Source: Vitrella brassicaformis CCMP3155
Lineage: Eukaryota > Protista > Chromerida
Reading direction: 5' to 3'
DNA: 64,000 bases
NCBI GenBank assembly: GCA_001179505.1
Contig: CDMY01000677.1
Location: 62,001-126,000 of the forward strand
Part shown: one piece after another, positions 12,103 through 25,817 of the stretch
Layout: every line of letters starts with the position of its first letter
Numbering within the stretch: the first letter of the stretch is position 1
The notes under the pieces: model-generated
The model's database searches: none
What the model was told of the DNA's origin: nothing
What the model saw: only the letters and a program-made list of their open reading frames with translations
Translations under genes and position numbers: made by a program

Positions 12103-14773
12103 TCAACGCCGGCATGCGGGGACCTGTACACACAGAGGCGAGGAGGGAGGGATGCGATGCGGTAGAGCCCTTCCCTTCCTCTCTCTGTGTGTGTCAATCG
12201 ATGCATGTGATGTAGGTGTGTACCCTACCTGGTTGTCGGCATCCCCCTGCTGGTTGTTGTCCACCTCATCCTCGATGTACTCGGTGGTATCTGTGTCCCT
12301 CCCCAAGTACACCTCTCGGCCACCACCACGACCACTATCCACACCAGCACCAGCAGCAGCACCCACACCCCCGGCCCCCTCCTCCCGCTCCCGCATCATC
12401 TGCCAGCGCGCCATGATGAAGTCCTCACGACTGTACCGCCGCTCACGCACACGATCGTCTTCCACCTCATCCGAGGGTCTGACGCCGTCCTGGCGATGGT
12501 GGTGTTGCGTGTGGCTGTCGGTCGACCTGTGGCGGCTGCGTGTGTCGGTGTCGATTTGGTCGTTGGTGTGGGTGTGGTGCTGGGGCTCGGGGTGTGGGTA
12601 CGGGTGAGATGAGGGGCGGGGGAGGCCGTCGGTCTCGTCACGGGCACCTGAGAGAGAAGGCGCAACATGGACGCAATGGAGGCCCTCTTTGTACGTTGTG
12701 TGCTGTCTGTGCTGTTCCGCTCCACACACCGGCTGTGTCGTGGTGGTAGTGCTGGCCTGACGGCTCCTGCAGGTCGCTCAACAAATCATCTGCACACAAA
12801 CCGACACATGCCCCACAACACAGCACAGCAGGCACAGAAGAGGCCATGATTCGATGCAAACAGACAGCCCCGCCATCTCAGCTCTGGTGTCGCTCACCGA
12901 AGTAGTCCTTCCATTCCCCCAGACACCAGATCTGCCGTGGCGTGACGCTGGATGCCGGGTTGTCCTTCTCGCGCATCATCTCGGGCACGATGCTTCCTTC
13001 CATCAGCGCCGCCACCATCTCCAGCATCTTCCGATAGTATGGCATGTGGACCACCTCCTCTAGCGGCCGCTCCTCCACCCTCTCCGCCACCCAACTCATG
13101 AGCTCGATGCACCGCTTGACATCACGGCGTGTGTGGTGGCGGTCGCGGCGTCCATCCATCTCGGTAACAGGCTGTGAGTGCCAAAAATGCCGGAATACGC
13201 GGAAATGTAATGTAAATTGAGACTGCCGAAGTCCATGCACTCTTGGAGGAGGCCACTGTGGGCCAACGCAGCATGTGTCTATATACACACCACCCTTCCA
13301 GATGGAGAAAAAAAGAAGACGCCAGACAAATCAGACGCCGCACTCACTCCTCCACCGTCTGACGGTCGCTGCCTCAACGACCACTCTCAAGAAAGGAGAA
13401 ACCGCCAACCAGCAGCGCAACAGACCCCTCACAGCCTCCAAGACACGGAAAAAGAAAAACGCCCCAGCAATCAATCAACCAATCCTCACTCACTCCATTG
13501 CCGCCCACATCATCGCCGACCCCACGTCAGTGTATGACAGCATGTCATAACCAGACACGCGAGACCATCTCCTGCTCGCTGTCTCGACAGCACACCACCC
13601 CTCCAGCTCCGCCAGCCGCCTCACCGCAGCAGCACGCACACCTCGCGGCTCCACGGCGAAGAGCACCTCGTTGGGCGCCGTGTGGCTGACCCACTGCCGT
13701 GCTCGTGACAGGATGCCGCTGCTGCCTTTGCTGGTGTGGCGGTTGCGTGGTCGCGATGGGGATGGAGGAGGGGAGGGAGGGGGTGAGGAGGCGGCAGACG
13801 GGGAAGGGGTGTCGTGAGCGGTCGACGCTGAGGCTGCTGGCTCGGGAGGCGCCTCGTTGATCTCGGTGCCGAACAGCGACGTCAGATGCTGCCATGCCAG
13901 AGGGCAAGAAAGTGGACGAGTGTGGGTGGGTCTGTGGGAGTCGGCATGTCGTACCTCGTCGACTTTCTTATAGGCCGCGCTGTACAGGAGCTTCTCAAAG
14001 AGACGCAACTCGGTCCGGTCGCCCCTGCAACACACAGCATTGCGCAGGCCCCACCATTCATCACCATGCCAACACACATCACTCATGGTGCTGATCCATT
14101 CTCACCTCAATCGCTTCATGACCCTCCTCTTCGTCAGCTCCGCAGGCTCGTCAGTCTCCTCATACGCCGACAGGTCGTCACTCGTGTCGGCCAGCGACCT
14201 CCCCGCGCCCTCCCTGACCTTCTGCCAGTCCATTGCCGCTCTCGTTCTCTGCCAGCTGAAGGGGTAGCTCAGGGCATCCGTGCCGTGCTGGACGACAGAC
14301 GCGATGTCGGTCTGCATGAGGGTGAGGAGGTCCACTCTTGGGCTGTGTGGGTCTGAGCTGTGCGTGTCGCTGTACGCCTTCCAGTGGATCCACTTGCAGA
14401 GCATTGACTCCAGCTGCCCTCGAGTCAGCGCCCACACATACATACTCAGTCCGCCGCCGAGGTCAATCCACGTGTGCCGGTACAGGTGCTCCAGCTTCCG
14501 TTTGCGCTTCTCGTACATGTCCCGCAGCTCAGCGGGCGTGACGTCCTCCAGCTGAGTCGGTATCTCCCAGCTCTGCTGCATGACCAAGTCCGGTTCTTGT
14601 TGTCGCGGCTGAGTCTCGTCGGGCAGCCACTCCATGCCCTCTGCCAGCTCCCAGGGCTTGTTGTCGCTGAGAATCTCGAGCAGATGGGCTCGATTGTGCC
14701 GTCTTGCACGCCGCACCCACGACAGGGAGGGCGGAGCCTCGATGAGAGATTCCGTTGCAGAGCGACGACGCAT
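12103..14773 (-). CDS. Hypothetical multi-exon protein, no recognisable domain
   Basis: Protein-like ORF segments 14102-14827, 13490-14086, 12878-13288 and 12103-12729 separated by microsatellite-rich introns. Start taken as MRRRSATES (14773); stop after VPACRR. Confidence 0.6.
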
Positions 14774-14970
14774 GTTGACCAAACGCGGCTCTGCCAGCAG
14801 GTTGTTGACGTGAGGGAAAGGCGTCACCGCCGCGTCCCATTTGCGAGCTTAGACAGCGCGAGCTGAAGGAGAAGAGAATCGTTGTTGACGCAGCTACCCA
14901 TTTCCCCTGTCGGCTGATTGCCAAGCAGTTGCATTCGAGCACCTCATCGTACCACTTCAAGTGAGCGAGC

Positions 14971-15488
14971 ATGCCTAACCCGAACAAGGACAAGGATGCC
15001 CGCCTGGAGCGCCATAGTGCCGGTGGACCCAGCACCCACGCATACGGGGCGGGCGAGAAGAAGGGAGGGGGAGGAAAAGCCAACTGGGGTAAGTGAGCAA
15101 TCTCATCTCACACACAGGGAGAGGGAGAAGCCGAGATGGGTGGTTGCGGGTGGGGTGGTCAGCCAGAGGGAACAGAGAGCTTAGAGAGCTGCTGCGAGGG
15201 CCTCGCATTCCTGTCGATGCAGCTCCTCACATATCGCTTGTTTTGTCCCTGCCTGCGGCTGCTCTGTGTGTGATGGTATGGTCTGGTGTTGCCAGGCAAG
15301 GAGGAGGAGGCTGAGCGCGACCCAGCTCCCCCGGCCATCGACCCCAAGGACCCTAACTACGACTCGGGATCAGAAGAGAACAAGGAAACCGCCAACAAGG
15401 TGGGTGACGCACTGACTAATGAATGCACCACAGAGCACACCACGCACGCCACACAATGGTGGCCTGTCGTGTTTGTTGTGTGCAGTAA
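14971..15488 (+). CDS. 74-aa microprotein resembling the PDCD4 N-terminal / SERBP1-HABP4 / yeast Stf2-Tma10 motif
   Basis: Exons 14971-15088 (GTAAGT donor), 15296-15399 and 15486-15488 (TAA) give MPNPNKDKDARLERHSAGGPSTHAYGAGEKKGGGGKANWGKEEEAERDPAPPAIDPKDPNYDSGSEENKETANK*. Motifs: ERHS, KKGGGGKANWG, DPKDPNYDS. Confidence 0.75.
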
Positions 15489-16660
15489 CCATTGTCGATA
15501 CGGTTCGTCGCCATGGAGTGACGGTGCTGCTGAGTGTGTGTGTGGACGGCGGACGCGATCGCATGTGCGGGGTAGGAGGCGGCGCGGTCGTGGGACGGAG
15601 CCCGTGAGGTGATGTCTGACGACACACCCGAGTTGTCTGTCTGTACCTCTGCGCCTGCCTTCCTGCCTCCGCTGCCTGTGGCTCTTGTCTGCACGTCTGT
15701 CTGTGTGTGTGTCGATGGCTGAGTGGATGGCTGGGTGGCTGCCGATCGTGCGTGTGTATTCTTTTTCCTTCCATGAGCTGCTCATACCTACCACACGCAC
15801 GGATCGTGACGGTTGTGTGATCGGCTGAGTGTGGCTTGGTGTATGCCTTGCTTGATCTGCGTCTGAGTGTTGATGGCATGCTTCGGCACGTATGCGTACC
15901 TATCACATCACCATGAGTGTGGAGGAGTTGTGTGGCTGTTGTGGTGTAGCTAAGCGAATGTGGTCATGTGTGTCTGTGGTGGTGTGGTTCCGTTGCGTCC
16001 CGAACCCTCGCGGGAACTGCATGCAAGATGGTGACAGCCCTCTTGCTGTGCAATCTCTCGTGGGTCGTTTACGTCACGAAACCACACCGTCACGCACGCG
16101 GAGGAAAGCCCCGAGGTCATCACCTGTCTGTCTGTCGTGTCTGTCTGTCTCTCTGTCGGTCTGGATACCTCTCTGGTCGCCTGGATGCCCTTACGTAATG
16201 GCTGACATGACATGCACTCTGGGCACGACACACACACGGCTCCCTCATTTTTGGAGTCACTTACTCCCACGCCACACGGGGGCCGCTATGTGATATCGGT
16301 TTCAACGAATGACGATTATTTCCTGCCTGCCTGCGTGCCCTCTCCCTCCCTCTCTGCCTTTTCCCTGCCTGCCTGCCTGCCCTCCTGCGTGCCTGCAGTC
16401 CGTGCGCAGTGTAACATGGCCTGCATGAGGTCGTTTTTCTCCTTTGTATCCGCATACGGTGCGTGAGATGGGGAGGATGGGGAGGATTGTGTTGTGTTAG
16501 CCACGCAAGAAGGGATGCCAGGCAGAGTAAGTCGCCTACCAGATCTGATGGGCGCATCTGGGCGGGCGGGGCCCTCTCTCGTGTGTGGGTGAACGTGCGT
16601 GCGTATGAGTGGATGTCTGCATACGTGCCTGGTGGCATGCCTAGTACTGGGACGAATGAA

Positions 16661-18564
16661 ATGAATGCGGTGGTGAATGGACTCTACGTGAGCTCAAGGC
16701 TGCTGCGTACGATACGCTGTAATGCGGTTCTCAACGATTCACAGCCCTCTCGTCTTTGGGACCGCGAAACGGCTCTTCTTATGCGTTTACATTTGGCGAG
16801 GGGGATGGATGCTTTTGAGCTTGAAGACGACTGTGAGGGTGATTTCCTGGGCATTGGGAGCTTCGACGATATCGTTCTGCAGGAACAGCAATCCTCAGGG
16901 GCAGATCATCAGCCTCTGACAGAGGTGAGGACAGGCCTGCGAAGACACAGCCACACCTTCCTGCTGCTGCAGCCTGAGAGCCATAGAGATGCTAAGAACT
17001 GCGCAGAGGACCTCTTGGAACGGTTCAAAGTATGCTCGTGCCCGTGGGGGGGCTCTTTATCTGTTTCTCCTTTGTGTTTTTGCAGGTAGATCATTCGGTG
17101 GATGGCGGGGTGCTTCTGCAGGCCGATGGCGTCACACTGGCCGTCCAAGAGGTACATAAAGCAGAGAGAAGCCAATGCCAACCCATTCCTTCTCCGTCTG
17201 TGCAGGTCACCGTTGGTGCTGGTCGTCTGGATGTTATCGCAGCAGCTGCACCGGCCAACTTGAACGAGCCTTCATCTGCTGCCGCGTGCGCGGCCAATGG
17301 AGGGCCGTCGGCGGAGCGCGTTGCATGTCTGCGATGGGAGGGGCGATTGGGCGATGGGTGCGAGAGGCGGGATGTGCATAGGCTGGGGTTCGCGATGGAG
17401 GATGTAGACGACTGCCATCTGAAGGTGGGGAACAACACACATCACCGTGCACAGAGTGACAGAGAGAGAGAGATGCATCGCTTTTGACCCGCAGGCGGTG
17501 CCAGGCGAGAGGCCCACGCTGAGCATCGAGGTGTCGGGCAAGGACGGCCATCCGATGTTCGTTAGCCTCGTGTTTGGCGGTGAGCCGACTTGTGAGGCCG
17601 GCCGACAGGAAAAGGACCCATCGCAGACCCCGTCCAAAGTCTACCGCATGTAGGCCGTCCATCCAGCTGTCTATAAACCACGCATTTTTTTCACATCATT
17701 GCAGGATCTCGCAGGCGGACGGACCGAAGAACGACGACCACTCATCGAACAGCACAGGCAACAGACACTCCCCTGACCCGTTTCATGCACTCTCGCCTTT
17801 ATATCTCTCCACAGCGCTCCCCAGCAGTGCCACATCCAGCTCACAGCCGCATCCGCATCAGAATTCTTCCCCGTCCCCTCCTCCCGGCCCCCCCTCACCC
17901 AAACCGTCAAGGATGCGCCTTCACAAGAGGGCCGAGGGTGCGAGCGACGAGTGGTGCGACGCCACACGGGAGAAGCTGTGTGGGGCCCTGCTGGAAGGGC
18001 TGCCTGAGGGGCGATTCCACCAAAGCGGCAAGGAGTGGTAAGGGCGGATAGAAAAGAATGCATTGGGTTGTGTTGAATACGCCGATCTTCTCTGTGTGCG
18101 TGTCTTGTGTCTGTCTATGCAGCCATTCATTAGAGGCTGTGTTGCGTCGGAGCCAGCTGCTGCAGAAGCTCGCCCGTGAGAGCATCGAGAAAGGTGCGTG
18201 CGCACAGCGAAAGAGAGAGAAGAGACTCACACACATACACCCGTTGCGTCTCTCAGTTCTGAAGACTGTGGGGGGCATCTGTGAGATCTGCTGCGACCGA
18301 CCCGTCAACACTCGTGAGTGAGGACGGACACACTTGACGGCTGCAAATGGCTCGTGCATGTCTGCGTGTGCGTTGCATGACCAGGTCTCGGGTGCGAGTG
18401 TGGGCATTACATCTGCTCGGCGTGCAACAAAAAGCTGGAGGGTCAGCAAGAAAGAGACACGATGCCTTGCCGTCCCCGGGGTGCTGCATGTGTGTCTCTA
18501 TGCAGAGCGCGTGTGCCCATGGTGCCGGCAGCAGTGTAGGCAGAGCTTTGTGCTCTCATCGTAG
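16661..18564 (+). CDS. C-terminal RING-HC (C3HC4) finger protein, putative E3 ligase
   Basis: Splicing the last three short exons gives CEICCDRPVNTRLGCECGHYICSACNKKLEERVCPWCRQ. Upstream exons lie in ORFs 16463-17089, 17032-17487, 17447-17653 and 17574-18041. Start codon uncertain. Confidence 0.75.
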
Positions 18565-18817
18565 CTGCCTCAGTTGCGTATGCGGATACACACACGTGCG
18601 TCGGCCGTCCGTGTTTGCTGACGCATGTTGGACTGAGATCAATACATTGGATGGCTGGAACACAGAGGAAAGCTCGTGTGTCGATATCACGTCATGGTCC
18701 ATCCATCCATCCATCCATCCATCCATCCAGGGACGGATGTGAGCTGCCTTGGGCAGTGCAACCCCCTACACATCAACGCACACTCACATACATACACATA
18801 CACACATACATGCAGTC

Positions 18818-21775
18818 TCATGCGCTGAGTCCATGCAGACGTGACATTTCGGTCGACGGCGCGGCAAAACTGTGCGATTGTGGGAGGGGGGTCGTTATGG
18901 GTACTGAAGTCCGTCTGTCTGTCTGTCTGTCTGTCTGAAGGGACGAACGGGTCCGTAGTGTGTGTATGCGGCGATGGATGTGTGTACGATCTGCCGGCCG
19001 GCAAAGTGGGGTGGGCCGGCAAAGTGGGGTGGGGTGATTCTGCCGCACAGAGACCTCATTTACTCGTAAGCCAAACTGACAACATGACACGCACGACAAC
19101 GAGTGTGGCCCGCGTCGTGCGCTTGCATGTTGCTGAGCGCACCGCATTCGTTTGGGAATGAACAGCATTGGGTGCTTGGGCGCCGGCGAGACGTCGAAGC
19201 GGGCCGTCGTGCACACCCGGGGGGGCGGTGTGGGGCACCTCTTGCGCTTGTTGTCGTATCGGCTCTTGCGGCCGTCATCCCACAGCTGCATGACATCATC
19301 CCCCTGGCCCGACAACTCACCCGAACGCTCACCAGCACATACACCTAGACAGACGCACACAAAAGTGGTCGGAGCGGTGGTGTCTCTTTCTGTCTTCCCC
19401 TTGTGCTGTGTGTACCTGCACCGCTTTTATTGTTGTTGTCACTGTGATGTCCCCCGTCCAGCCGCCCCGATGTGCCCTCCTTATGGCTGTCGTGTTTGTT
19501 GGCGCTGCCTGCCGGTGTGCTGCTTTCGCGCTTGACACGGCGGGCAGGGGAAGCGGCCTTGGGCTGGGGCGTGCGGGGGGCTTCATCAGACACATCCACA
19601 GCCATACCGGTAGCTGCCGGACAGAGGGGGAGAGACACATAGGCATGGCGGCATAGGGAAAGCCTTTGTTGGTGTGCGAGTGTTGGGTTGAGTTCCTCAC
19701 CATGTTTGTCATGGTGGTGTGTGTGTGTGGCCGTCGAGGGGTCGGCCATCGTGTGTATCGCCATTGAGTCGGACGAGTACTGCTGCCCAATACCTGCACA
19801 CACAGACACAGATTGGCTCGCGAACGTCACACCCTTCATCAATTCAGTCGTGTCTCATGACCTTCCACGATTTTTGCGATTTCGAGCAGACTCTTGACAT
19901 CCTCACTCACACGGGGGGGCGGCTGCTGCCCCCCGCCATCACGGTACACGTCATACGCTGACACAAACCACCGACCAAACCAACCAAAAGATACATATGA
20001 CCCCCGCTGCCCCCCCACCCCCCCACGCACCTTTGTTCGTCCTCCACGGCGGCAGCGGGACCGATGTGGTCTTGCCGCGACGACGCCTTACGGGCTTGCC
20101 ACCGTCACCCACACTCCCCTCACCCCCACCGCCCCCAGCGCCATCCCCACCACTCAGCACGGCAGACGATGCGTGTGTGTCCTTAGCCACCGGCAGCGGC
20201 ACCATGTCACACACGGGCTCTGTGGGCGGCCGGATGATCTCGGGACACCCATGGTCAACACCAGACAATGACTTCCTGCATATATAGATGGATGGATGGA
20301 GACATAAGTGAAGAAGGGTAACTTGTGTTTGGTGTGTTGGGGTTGCCTGTGTGGGTCCTTGAGTAGTAGCATGTCGTGTGTGGCGTCGTATGGGCTCAGC
20401 ACGATGGCCATCTGGTGGGGCGATGGCAACACGTCAGTGGCGGTGGGGGTGGGCGGGGCCGGCAACTCCTACAGATGACAAAACAGACCTGTAGCTTAGT
20501 ACTATTGGGTGCAGTTCGTCTCCCTCTCTCTCTCTAGGGTTGCCTTTATGTTGATGATATCGATGGCCGACATCTCATCGTGACAACTGAAGGCACAGCA
20601 GATACAGACACGAGAACGCATCCATGTGTGTGTATCGTCCCGCCCCCCCCCCCCCACACAGAGAGATCATTACCGAATGACAGCGAAGTCATTGCCTTCA
20701 ACACAATACGACAAACCTGTATACCACACATCACGCACACGGTGGTGTGAGGCCATCTCTGTCCGTGTGTGGTGTGTATGGTGTTGTTACTGCGTGAGAA
20801 TCGTGGTATGATGCGTTTGGAGTAGGCCGCCCGCTCGACGCTGTCCGTCAGGCTCTGCAGATCCCAACACACCGGCTTGTTCACCACCACCACAAACAAC
20901 TGAACACACAGACAAACGCCATGACGCATCCACACACCTCACGCCCCTCTCCCCCTCCCCCACTTGGCCTGCTTACCGTGCGTCTGTCAGCGAACATGAC
21001 ATTGCTGTCGGGCCAGAAGTGCGCCTTGAAGAACGGATGGTCATGCTGGTGCTGGTGGTGCTGGGGCTGGTGGTCTGTGGGCGGGGTGTGTGTGGGCGGG
21101 GTGTGTGTGGCACTGGCAGAGGTGCCCGGTGCGTCGGGTGAGGAGCTCTCGTGTGAGGCGTCCATGGTGTCGAGGTGCAGCAGGGCGGGGAAGGCCTTGC
21201 CATCGCGCCGCTTGTGGCTCAGCTTCTCCCACCACTGGCTGGGGTACTCACTCGCCAACTCGGACCTGGTTAATCAGAACACCGTCATGGCGAGTGTGTT
21301 GGTGTGCGTGTGTGTGGACGTACTTGTGCGGGCGGAGCTCACATTCTGAGTGTGCATGTCTGCATTTGTCCCCCTTGCTGCACACACCGCTCCACTCGTA
21401 GAATGGGCAGAGGACCTCCTTGTAGCCAGGACCCGAACGCAACTCCTGCACACAACAGATGCACACACATGGGGAGAAAACGGGTCGCCGTCATGCGTGT
21501 GGTATATTAAGTACCTCTTGGCCGTGGGCGAATGAGCAGATGGCGCCCCGCGGGCAGTGACCGTTCGTCATCACCCAATCGCGGCAGATGGACGTCTTGT
21601 ACACTGCACACAGGTGCACAGCACACACACACACGGTTTTCTGTTCAGCCATCCATCCATCCATTCATTCCGTCCGTCCGTCCGATCGTCAATGGCCCAT
21701 GTGCATACGCCGGTGGCTGGGCGACAGTGTGGAGCCTCGGGGGAAGGCCGGCAGCGGCGGGCCTTGCAGAGCCAT
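18818..21775 (-). CDS. Tandem CCCH zinc-finger (TTP/ZFP36-like) RNA-binding protein with low-complexity tail
   Basis: Spliced N-terminus MALQGPPLPAFPRGSTLSPSHRL-YKTSICRDWVMTNGHCPRGAICSFAHGQE-ELRSGPGYKEVLCPFYEWSGVCSKGDKCRHAH. The 3' end is uncertain. Confidence 0.75.
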
Positions 21776-24748
21776 CGGCAGACCAATGGAATGGACGACG
21801 GCCGGGCCTTCGGAGCCGCTCGCAGATCTCACACGAACGGAAGAGCGGACCAAGAGAACGAACAGGGCGGATAGAAGGACGGAGAGTGAAACGAGCAAAC
21901 ACAATAACGAATGGAGCAGACGGCCAGGCGCGCGATTCTCGCCAACTCGAGACTTTCTACGTCTTCTCTTTTTGGAGGAAAGTGGAGAGCTGGAGAGCTG
22001 CGGTGAGTTCTGCTGCAGCTGTTTTGTGCATTTCGGCTTCTCGTAATCGCTGCATCGCGTCAGCAGCCAACAGCAGTCGGCAGCCCCCACTCCAATTGCC
22101 CCACTCTGTCTCAGTTGTTGTCCCCCTACGACACGATGCCAGCGTGCATCATTCGAGGCCTCAAGGCGCTGATACGTGGCGACAACACTTTCATCCCCAT
22201 GGGCGAGTTCCGGCGCCTTTTCCACCAGCCATGGGAGACCTACAGGACGCCAGTGGGCCGCGAGCGGGGCGTTCCCGAGTACGACTGCCTAGCGGTGCCG
22301 CAGTACGACCTGGAAGACGTCCCCGACGACAGCTTCCCCCAGACGTACTTCAGGTGGGACGGCAGACATGCTGACGAGGACGTGGGAACCCACGGCGTCC
22401 CATGGCCATACTTCCACGCCGAGCGGCTGCCAAGCCACCCCCAAGACAGCCATCCCGCCAGCCGGTTCTCCAGGGACGGGCTCGGCAAGCGGAGCACACT
22501 GATGGCGATCGACATTGTTGAGGAGAGGGGGCGGGATTCGATGGCGAGAGTGCAGCGAGAGATCGATATGTTTCAGAGGGCGCAGAGGGAGGGACGGAAG
22601 CATTTTGCTCGTCTGAGAGGGGTAAGCCGGTTCGGTGTGATGGAATCTATGTATGGGGGGGAGCGGGTCATTCATTCACATCTCTGTCTTTGTGTGCGGC
22701 TCATGCTGTCTGTGTGTCTGTAACTGACATGCAGGCCTACCATTATCGCAAGCGCACATTCATGGAGTACGAGGACATGCGGGGGTGGCGCACCCTGGAT
22801 AGTCAGCTGGGCGAGGGAGCGGGGAGGGTGATGAGTGAGCGAGACGCCAGCCGATGGGCCAGGCAGTTGATAGAGACACACAAGGAGCTGAGAGGGATGC
22901 GATACTACCATGGGTTCACACATAGCATAGACAAACAAAACGAATACGTATCCATGCCACCAATGACTGCATGCTATGCTCGTGTCTGTCTGTCTGTTTT
23001 GGCTGCAGCCAAGGCAACCGCCGGGAATACCTTGTCGACAAAGAGGGCACCATCAAACTTGCAGATGTCGGCACAGGGGCTTTTGCACGCTACCGCAATG
23101 TCAGTCAGTATTCACACGCGCACACACACACAGCCGGAGGGGACGGCTCTCATGAATTTTCTTATCTCCGACGTGTGTGTGCCGTGTGGGTGTGCAGGAT
23201 GGCACGGTCAATGTGTTTCGTCAGCGTGTCACGAACAATAAGGCCACACCACCAGAGGTCAGTGCACAGACATACACACAGACAGAGGCGAATGGATCAG
23301 ACGAGGGACACTGATGTCTATGTGGGGGTAGGCATGTGTGTGTGTGTCTGTGTGTGTGTGTGTGTGCCCTTCAGGTCGTTGTGTCGAGTCGGTACAACAC
23401 CAGCTTCGACCCGGAAAAGGCCTCCGTCTTTTGCATAGGGTACGCAGACCGACAGAAGAGATGGAGGGAGGGAGAGCGCCACATGCCCGTCAGTCACTTA
23501 ACTCTGTGTATCGTCACTGTCGTCCATTACATCAGGCACCTTGTCGGCAACTTCCTGTCTGCCAAGACCAGCCCCCGCCCCCTCTCCCCCGGAGCCATCG
23601 ACTTCGTCCGCCACGCCACCGCTGCCGACCCCTCACAGAGACCCACACTGGATGAACTGATGGTCCACAGCTGGTAAGGCATATAGACAGAGAGTTGAAT
23701 GCTGCAGACCCTCCCTCATCGACCGTCTGTTTGGGTGCCTGAACGTGAAGAAGCGAGAATCGCGCCAAGAAACAAATTTAGGGAGACCTGTGAAAGGGCT
23801 CCGCCCCGAGAGCCGACGCAGCTTGGCGTCGTCCTCATCTGCCGCCCCGACACCCTCCCTCGCCATGACGGAATCGAAGTCTTTCGAAGTCCACCCTCCG
23901 GACGGCAGACCTTTTGTGCTTCTTTTCCCAGTGGAGCGCGGGCGCCGTCCGGACGCAGAGGCGCTCCTGCAGCACCTGCAGAGAGACGGGCGCGTCCTCA
24001 GGTCAGTGGAGCATCCGGTTATTGAATAGAGGAGTCCCGTCATTCAGCCGTCGACTACATCGCCAGAATCACCAGTGCGCTCGGTTTACTGACAGACAGG
24101 CAGACAGACAGACAGGCAGAAAGGCAGACAATGATGCGCGAAAGGAGAGACACCTGCAACCATATGTGTGCCCATTGTGTGTTGTGTACGCAGGTGAAGA
24201 GTTCTTCACACCACCAGGCAGTCCGGCCGCTGCGAAGTAAGCAGAAGGATGATGCCTCTGTGTATCAGACCTGCCTGCCCTCCCTCTGTGCGTGCCACAG
24301 ATGTGGGCATGCCAACTCAATCTGTGCCCAGGGCTGCCCCTCCAGTCGCTGCCGGCAACCAAGGCGGCCAAGACCTTGTAGGGACGCACGACAGGGGCGA
24401 TCCAGGGGAGAGCGTCATATGCGATGTGGATGCTCCGCAGTACAGGACGCTCAATGGGCTGCGGAGGGATGAGGAGAAGGTGAACAGATGGTGGGCGAGG
24501 CTGGGTTTCGACTCTGGAGCTCACCAAGTGCGAGGCCAGACGTAAATGTGTTTCTCTGTGTGCGTCTGTGTTTATGTGTGTGTTCAGCATCTCCCGCTTG
24601 GGGGATACGAAGAGAAATCCAAGTCGCATTTTTGCAGGGTCATCGCAAAGCAGTAACCTCACCGGTCGATGTCAGGGCCGGCCAGCGGATGCTGTCCGGG
24701 AGCTGTGATGGGACGGCCAAAGGTGTGGAACGTCGACACTGGGTGTGA

Positions 24749-24810
24749 ATTCGCATGTCTCTGTCATTCCATGTGTGTGTCAGATGGCTGCCTACATTTT
24801 ATATTCCGAG
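24749..24810 (+). repeat. Dispersed element of about 60 bp, copy 1 of 3 (others at 29050-29111 and partial 29500-29533)
   Basis: ATTCGCATGTCTCTGTCATTCCATGTGTGTGTCAGAT(G/T)GCTGCCTACATTTTATATTCCGAG read directly at the three positions. Confidence 0.9.
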
Positions 24811-25817
24811 GCTTTTATCCATCCATCTCGCCGCTTCGCTGTGTCGCTCACCAGCCCGGCCGCCAGCAGCAGCAGCGGGCCCGTCTGTCTCCGCCTTCAT
24901 TGACCACAGCCTGATGGCCCTGGCCGCCCCGCTGCCCAGCACAGCCGCACCAGAGAGACCTAAGCCTCCTACTGCCCCACCACCAGCCAGCGCCACCGAC
25001 ACACAGCCCGCCCCTCAGAATTGGAGCCCGCCAACATACGCAGCACCGAGCAGACAAGAAGCACCCCGTGACGAGGAGTGTTGCAGTCCCCCAGCTCCCT
25101 TCACCTCCCCTTCCCCCATTTCGTGTACGTGTTCGACAGCTCCGGCACCAGCGGCAGAAGCCACCTCCCTCCAGATAGCCACACGCATCATGAGCTTCCA
25201 GAAGCCCCTGGAGCCGCCACTCCACCGTGGCATTCATGTCTGTCTAGCTGAGGATTATTACCTTGGAGAAGCCTTCAGGTACGCGCTGTGTTTGGTGCAA
25301 ATCGGACACAGGCAGACAGGCGGGAAGACAGCAAGGCAGTCTGATGGACGTATATCAGCCCATAACACCAATGCATGCAAAGTCATGCTCACTCCACTCA
25401 ACTAATTTTCTCCATCTGTATGTCTGCTGCTTTCCATTTTCTCTCTGCTATCAGAAGGCACCGCCCCCTGTGGCCCCGCTGCCCTACACAGCCACACCAG
25501 CCGCACCGGAGGCCTTCGCCGCACCCCCACCACTGCCACAACCCGCCAACACCACCACAGAGCGCCCCGCACCTCCAGCGCCGCAGGACTGTTATGAGAA
25601 GACCATCGAGAGGCTGCGCGAGAGTCTGAGGGCCAACAGGGAGGCGAGAGAGAGGCTCCTGAGCCGCAGCCCCATGGCCCTGGATGGCATTCCGCCCCGC
25701 AAGAGCCACACTAGCCCGTGGCCATCGTGGGATAGGGAGAGGGAGAGGGAGAGGGAGGGAGGGACAAAAACAGCCGCGATGACGCCACCACGCCCACCAT
25801 CAAGGCAGCCGCAGGCC

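Noticed and set aside
18687-19022. Many short ORFs rich in THTH, VCVC, DRQT and SIHP
   Set aside because: Translations of intronic or intergenic (CA)n, (GT)n, (CAGA)n and (CCAT)n microsatellites.
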